A DNA stretch of 44,498 nucleotides, counting the filler, from Jimgerdemannia flammicorona (taxonomy: Eukaryota), in assembly GCA_003990765.1 (NCBI GenBank). It is 2 parts of 2 records of this genome, joined end to end, with 100 filler letters (N's around TTAATTAATTAA, not from the genome) between each part and the next. Parts side by side here need not be neighbours in the genome. Positions count along the whole stretch, not along the records: positions 22,302 to 44,498 come from RBNJ01001321.1; 1 more part is not named here. One strand, 5' to 3'. Position 1 is the stretch's first letter; every line of letters starts with the position of its first letter. The notes beneath the pieces were generated by a model. It made no database searches. It saw nothing but the letters and a program-made list of their open reading frames with translations, and was not told the origin of the DNA. A program made the translations under genes and the position numbers. This document shows, piece by piece, positions 38,441-44,498 of the stretch.

Positions 38441-40620
38441 GTGATTCAAGATGAATTTCTCACTTTCAAGCTGAAAAATAAACAATCACCATAATAACTA
38501 CCCTAACTACAAGAGTCCCCTCTATAAGAATTCAAGATAAGATAGAAATTCATCCCCCCACATTCTATAGATATACTACTAAAGAGTCAATTCTGACCTT
38601 TATTGAAGACTTTGAACAATTCACTATCATATGAGCCCTTAGCATAGATATATAATTGACCCTTCTACTAGTTAGTCTCAGAGGACCTGTTAGAGATAAG
38701 TTCAATACAGCCACTATTGCTGATGCTGGTGCAGCCAAACTTACCAACATAAAGATCTTCCTCAGAACTATATACTATACTGAAGAGATCAAGCAAGCTC
38801 TCAAGGATCAACTCAATACTATCTGCTAGAGACTCAGTGAAGATCTCAACTCATTCTATACCTGAATCTGCCACCAAATTGTCTTAGCTAGCTATGATGA
38901 CTGCCTCAAGAACCAAATAGCTAATTCAACCTTTCTTAAAGAAGTTCATCCTGAAATTGCTCTAACAATCCAGTCTACCCTAGCTGCTCTGACTCTTGAT
39001 CAGAAAGTGATCTTTGCACAGAGATATTAGACTACCAGATACCCTGCTAAATACTTAATGGAGAAAATAACTGGTATCAAGATAGAGCTCTCAAAGCCAA
39101 TCAGTATCATATCTGCCATAGTTGTAAACAGATAACTATCCCCACCTACTCCCAAGATAGCTAAAGCTGACCCAGTAGAGGAACTTATCAAGCAGTTTAC
39201 TAAGATGACTATATATCTTAGTGATGTTGTTAGAGAAGTCTGAAGTACCAACAGGAGACTAGTATAGAGATTTTCAGTTGCTACAGAAGAACACAATATT
39301 ACATACTTCAGATATAAAGAAGAAGGCCACTATACAAAGAGTTGCATGACTGAAACAAGATGTAAAGCTCAATCCAACAATACTACTAAAGCTAGAGAAC
39401 AAACTAATACAGTAGTCATCAAGGAGATTGGTGACACTGATAATGAAAAATACTATGAGGAGTCAGAATTTTATTCTGTTACTGAAGATACCAGAACTCA
39501 GTCCAAGCCCTATAATAAGAAGAGCAACCACAAGCCAGTTGGAAGACCAAAAAAGACCCCAGCTATCACTATTCAAAGCAAGACCCAACTCAAGGAGATT
39601 GATCAAGATATAGAGTTAGATGAAGCTACCTGCCAAATTATTAAAGACACTACTCCAGTCTTAGGAGAAAGTGAAAGCAAGAAAGAATAAAAGTTGCACA
39701 AGACCAAGATCCACTAGTATGATATCTACAAAGATCTCAAGGAATAGAAGATTAATACTACTTTTGAACAACTAGCTGAAGTCTCTGCCTTCAGACAGTA
39801 GTTGAGAGTAGGACTTGCAACTACTATCAAGAATCAAAAGTAAAAGATTGTAGAAGCTCATAATATATAAGAAGAATCTGAAGACTTAGGCAAAGAATCT
39901 GAAGACTAGTGCAAGACATCAGTCTATACTCTATGTCAGATTGAAGATTATATCTTTGATACTATTATTGATATTGGTGCTGGAGAATACCTTATAAGCA
40001 AGAAGACAATTGACTGCCTAGGCTGAGATATTGAAGAGTCTACTAAGATAGTCTATGTCACATGAACTACCCTCCTTGACAAGATCTGAGAAGTCTCCAT
40101 TAAGATTAGAGGAGCTACTATCTCAGTAGATATAATTATTATAAGCACCACCAACTATGATATCCTAATTGGCAACTAATGGCTTTATAAGACCAAGGCC
40201 ATCATTGATTTCAATGCCCAGAAGATGCAGATCAACTATAGAGGAATAAAGGTATAAGTCTCTATTAATGTCCATAAAGAAGTTCTACTAGACATGAAGA
40301 AAGGAGATGAAGAGAACACAGAAGTCTTTATACACTTGGTAAACAAGAACAAGAACAAGAACAAGATACCTAAGCTTACAGATGAGCAGTGATACAACAA
40401 GATAATTGATGGCTATGCTTCTCAAGAAAGATGTCTCCATGGTACTAGGATGTACTACTCCAAATACCTGAATAACTACTGGTTCTGTATCAGTAAAGTC
40501 AGAAAAATCCACCAATAAAAGCATAAGTAAGAAGCTGCTGAAGTAAAAAGAGAAGCTGAAGAAAATGACCAGCCTCCAGAGCTTCAAGCTGACAGTAATA
40601 ATAAGGAGGAACAAGAACCA

Positions 40621-41040
40621 GATATTACTCTCAAAGTTAAGAAGTTTAACCCCAAAGCTATGATCCCAGAATATAAGACTGAAGGAGCTATAAGAATGGA
40701 CCTTACTAGCATTCAAGATACTACCCTCAAACCACAGACCACCACTCTACTTGGCACTAGAATTAGAGTCAAGTTGCTAGAAAACTATACTAGAATTATC
40801 AAGACCAGAAGTAGTCTGGTCAAAAGTGAAATCTCAGTTAAAGGAGGAGTAATTGACCCTGATTACACTGGCAAGATCTTCCTTATAGTCAGAAATCATA
40901 ACTCCACCATCCTATTTGAAGTCAAAAAGTATGACAAGATTGGCCAGATGCTGATCTACAAAGTCAAAAAGCCTAAGATCACTGATGCCATTAAACTTAT
41001 CAAGACTAAGAGAAGAGAACAAGGCTTTGGATCTACTAGA
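40621..41040 (+). pseudogene. dut: dUTPase domain of Gypsy copy A
   Basis: All five trimeric dUTPase motifs: (G)MDL, RSS, GVIDPDYTG.I, IGQ, R..QGFGST. Confidence 0.93.
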
Positions 41041-44000
41041 AGAGGAGCCTATGCTACTATCAAGATTACTGAACTTGAGTACAAGAAAGACAAGAACCAG
41101 AACAAGTACATATACATATATCATTGGAGAAAATTTTTCTCTAGAAGAACAACTTCTTAAGATTCTATACCAGAATAAAGGAGTACTTACTACAAACTTT
41201 AGAGATATCTACAATTAAGAACTCAAGTACTACCATGAAGTTGACACCAGTGATACCAAGTCTATCTACCAGAAAGCCAGACTTATACTACATACTTATC
41301 TACAGAGAATGACTGTAAGCAGAATTCAAGAAAATGAAAGAAGTCAGAATCATTAAGCAAGCTATTAGTCTCTGGGCTTCACTCATTATCCTCACCCCAA
41401 AGAAAGAAAATAAGTCTGGAGAGTTTGCCCCAAGACTCTGCATTGATTACAAAAAGCTCAATGTAATTACTAAGAAGAATAGGCAGCCCTTATCAAATAT
41501 TCAAAAAATCCTTACTACTCTTGGAAGCAAAGCCAAATACTATACCACCCTAGATCTGTTCTCAGGCTTCCATCAGATTGGTCTCACTTAAGATGCCAGT
41601 GAGAAATCAGCCTTCATCACATCTGATGCCACCTATATCTATCTGTGAATGCTATTTGAAATATATAATGCCCCAGTAAGTTTTCAGTAAATGATAAATA
41701 GAGTCTTTAGCAATGAGATTGGAAAATAGCTCTTTGTCTATATCAATGATGTGATCATCTTCAGTAATACTACATGGGAACATATTATCTATATACAGCT
41801 AGCTCTCAAGAAGCTCAAGGAATATGGCCTCTACATCAAGCCAAAGAAGTATAAGTTTGTAGCCTAAGAAATTGCCTACCTAGAACACATCATCAATCAG
41901 ACCAGAATTCACATGGATTCTATAAAGATTGAGGCTGTTGCAACCTACCTAAGACCCAGAACAACTATAGAAGTCCATGCCTTCCTTGGACTGGCCTCCT
42001 ACTATAGAAGATTCATCAAAGAATACTCTAATATTACAGTACCTATCTATGAGCTACTGAAAAAGGAGACCAAATTTGGATAGATTAAGAAATGGCAAGA
42101 AACCTTCAATGAACTCAAGACTAAGTTAACCCAAGCACCCATCCTCAGAATACCAGATTGGAACCTAGAGTTTATTTTACAAATAGATATAAGTACTATA
42201 AGACTTGAAGCAGTCCTAGCTCAGAAGAAAGATAGACATAAATATGTCATCTCTTATATAAGCTAAGATACTTGCAGAGCAGAACAGAACTATAAGTTAT
42301 ATAAGCTCAAATGCTTAGCAGTAGTTTGAGTAGTAGATAAGTTCTACTACTATCTAGTTAGGAAATACTTTACTATTTAAACAAACCATTCTGCTCTTAC
42401 CTGGCTATTCTATACTCTGAATCTCAAAGAAATATATATCAGATAGATCTACAGACTTCAAGAGTATGACTGTACTGTCAAACATCACTTAGGAAGAACT
42501 AATATCAATACTGATACACTCTCAAGGATACTCTGAAATACCCCCATCAAGACTATTCAATATAAATAAGGAGCTATACTATGGATTAATTAGCTATCTT
42601 GGGCAGCAGAAGATATCCAACCATCTCAAACCCTGAACTATCACTATCATCAACTGGACTTAGAAACAATTTGAACTAGACAACACTATACTCAGAAAAG
42701 GAGAAAAGCTTATATATAATATCTGAATATAAGAAGTATCAAATAATGAAGGAAGTATATGAACAAGGATACCTAGAAGGAACTAACACATATAACAAGA
42801 CAAGAAAAACCATGTAGTGACCTAAAATAGAAGAAGACCTGTACCAATTTGTTAAAGAGTATGACAAGTACCAAAAACAGAAACAAGATCAGTAAGACCA
42901 GGCACCTAGATCATCAAGAATTGAGCCTATTTTCTTCCACTACATTGCAATGGATATCATTGGACTACTATCAGTAATACTATCAGAAAACTGCTATATT
43001 ATAGTTATTGTAGACCTCTTTACCAAATTGATAGAAATAGGAGTATTACAAGAAGCCAATGCTCTCTCTATAGTCAACTTCTTATACTGAGAAATCATCT
43101 GCTACTACAAGACACCAAAGTAAATTACTACAAACTGTAATACAGAATTTTTCAATAGATTCCATAAGATAATATATCAGAAATACAAAATTCAGTACAT
43201 CAAGACCATTGCATACCACCCTCAAGAAAATAGACAGACAGAAAGAACTAATAAGATCTCAAGAATATCTTAGCAAAGATCTTAAACACATATGACAATT
43301 GGAATAACTATCTCCCAACTATCCTCTCTGTCCTATAAGATATATAGTTACAGAGTATATACTTTACTCCAAGAGAACTGCTCTTCAGAGAAGAAGATTC
43401 TGATGGAACCTCAGCTACAAATCTAGACCTAACTTGGAGATAGGTAGACTCAGAAATCCAGAGACTATACCAAATCAGAAAGAAGGCTGAAGATTACATC
43501 ATCAAGTTGTAAGTACTGATAAGAAAGAATGCAGAGAAGAATCACAAGATCCTAGAACCCATCCAAATTGGAGAAAAGATTCTACTGTATCAAAATATGG
43601 TAGAAGTCTCATGGTCATGAAAACTGGAGCCCAAATGGGAAGGACTCTTCTACATATGTACAAAATATCAAGAGAACTATCTTCTGGCTTAGAAAACTCT
43701 CAGAAACTATATTACCTACTATAGTATACAGAAACAGACTTAAGAAGTACTACAAACCTATATAAGAGAAGTAAAATATGATGACTACCCATGAGGTTCT
43801 AGTCTGTGAATTGTAACAGTATGTCCCATAACTAGTAGGCAATCTGTCTGAACTATTCTCTAAGAGATATAGTACTAGCAACTACTCATTTATGAGACTT
43901 TCAAAGTTAGAGGAGTTTGAACCATCAACTGATTGGTCAAGATCAGAATCAGGCCCTTGCTCTATATATATGAAGGGAGCAACCCTTCACCATCACACCA

Positions 44001-44117
44001 AAATACATAGAGAAGATGCTAGCCTATAAACATCACTTTTTGACCCCCTGCTAAAGATTATAGAATTAGTAAATTTTTCAGAACTAATAAATAAGGATAT
44101 TCAAGAAGATTCTTATT

Positions 44118-44498
44118 TAGGGGGGAGGCGGCATGGGGGCCTAGAATGTGGCATTGGGATAGACTGCTCCTGGGGGGTACTCCCTTGGCTGCATTCGATA
44201 TTGGGGAGGGAGTGGAGTGTCAGCAGGGGCTTGGCCAGGATCTTTGGCTGGGTGGCTGGCAGGCTGTTGGGATAGGCGAGGAGTGGGACTAGGTGGGCAT
44301 CTGGTCTTGGAGTGCTGAGGTACGGCGATGGCTCCCTCCCAAGTACTGGGTGGTATGGTGGAGAATGTTGTAGAGGAATGTTATGCTGAATTTCCGCTCC
44401 GGACATTTGGTGGAGGGTGGACAATTCGATTGCGAGGAGTGTTATGGTGTGGGGCAAGCTGGGGGTTATGTACAGACGCCAGAACATTGGCTGGGGGA
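44118..44498 (+). mobile_element. 5'-truncated, less decayed LINE fragment (ORF2 C-terminal Zn region) running off the window
   Basis: Plus-strand translation ...KYWVVWWRML*RNVMLNF...FDCEECYGV...TPEHWLG matches 28952-29233 (minus strand). Confidence 0.85.

Larger units (their letters stand above)
36827..44115 (+). mobile_element. Decayed Gypsy LTR retrotransposon (copy A): 5'LTR-PBS-gag-PR-dUTPase-RT-RNaseH-IN; 3' LTR not in window
   Basis: Domain order and motifs: decayed CCHC knuckle ~39304-39345, IIDIGAG ~39964, dUTPase, RLCIDYKKLN, LDLFSGFHQI, YINDV, integrase HYIAMDIIG, AYHPQEN and KLEPKWEG. Confidence 0.93.

Noticed and set aside
38425..38442. Assigning the PBS to a specific tRNA
   Set aside because: Transition decay makes several tRNAs compatible; needs the host tRNA set.
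44113..44487. 124-aa minus-strand ORF as an antisense accessory gene of the Gypsy
   Set aside because: It is the antisense shadow of a LINE ORF2 fragment.

Overview
Eukaryotic, most likely fungal, transposon-dense region with heavy C>T/G>A decay. CpG is almost absent, and stop codons arise from CAA>TAA, CAG/TGG>TAG and CGA/TGG>TGA. The window contains several L1/Tx1-type LINEs (one nested in another, one full-length with a 16-bp TSD), two hAT-type MITEs, a Sola1-like transposase relic, a CpG-retaining multi-exon pseudogene, a decayed intronless K/E/I/N-rich segment of possible endobacterial origin, and a foldback palindrome. It also has two copies of a Gypsy LTR retrotransposon with a dUTPase between protease and RT. 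The main observation is that three different long LTRs (19611-22201, the solo LTR 23124-25187, and the 5' LTR 36827-38421 of the dUTPase-Gypsy) each carry a homologous ~270-410 codon gene in U3, upstream of the TATA box, with a conserved N-terminal domain and an acidic tail. An artificial 100-bp contig spacer lies at 22202-22301. All calls come from manual reading and translation; no searches were run.
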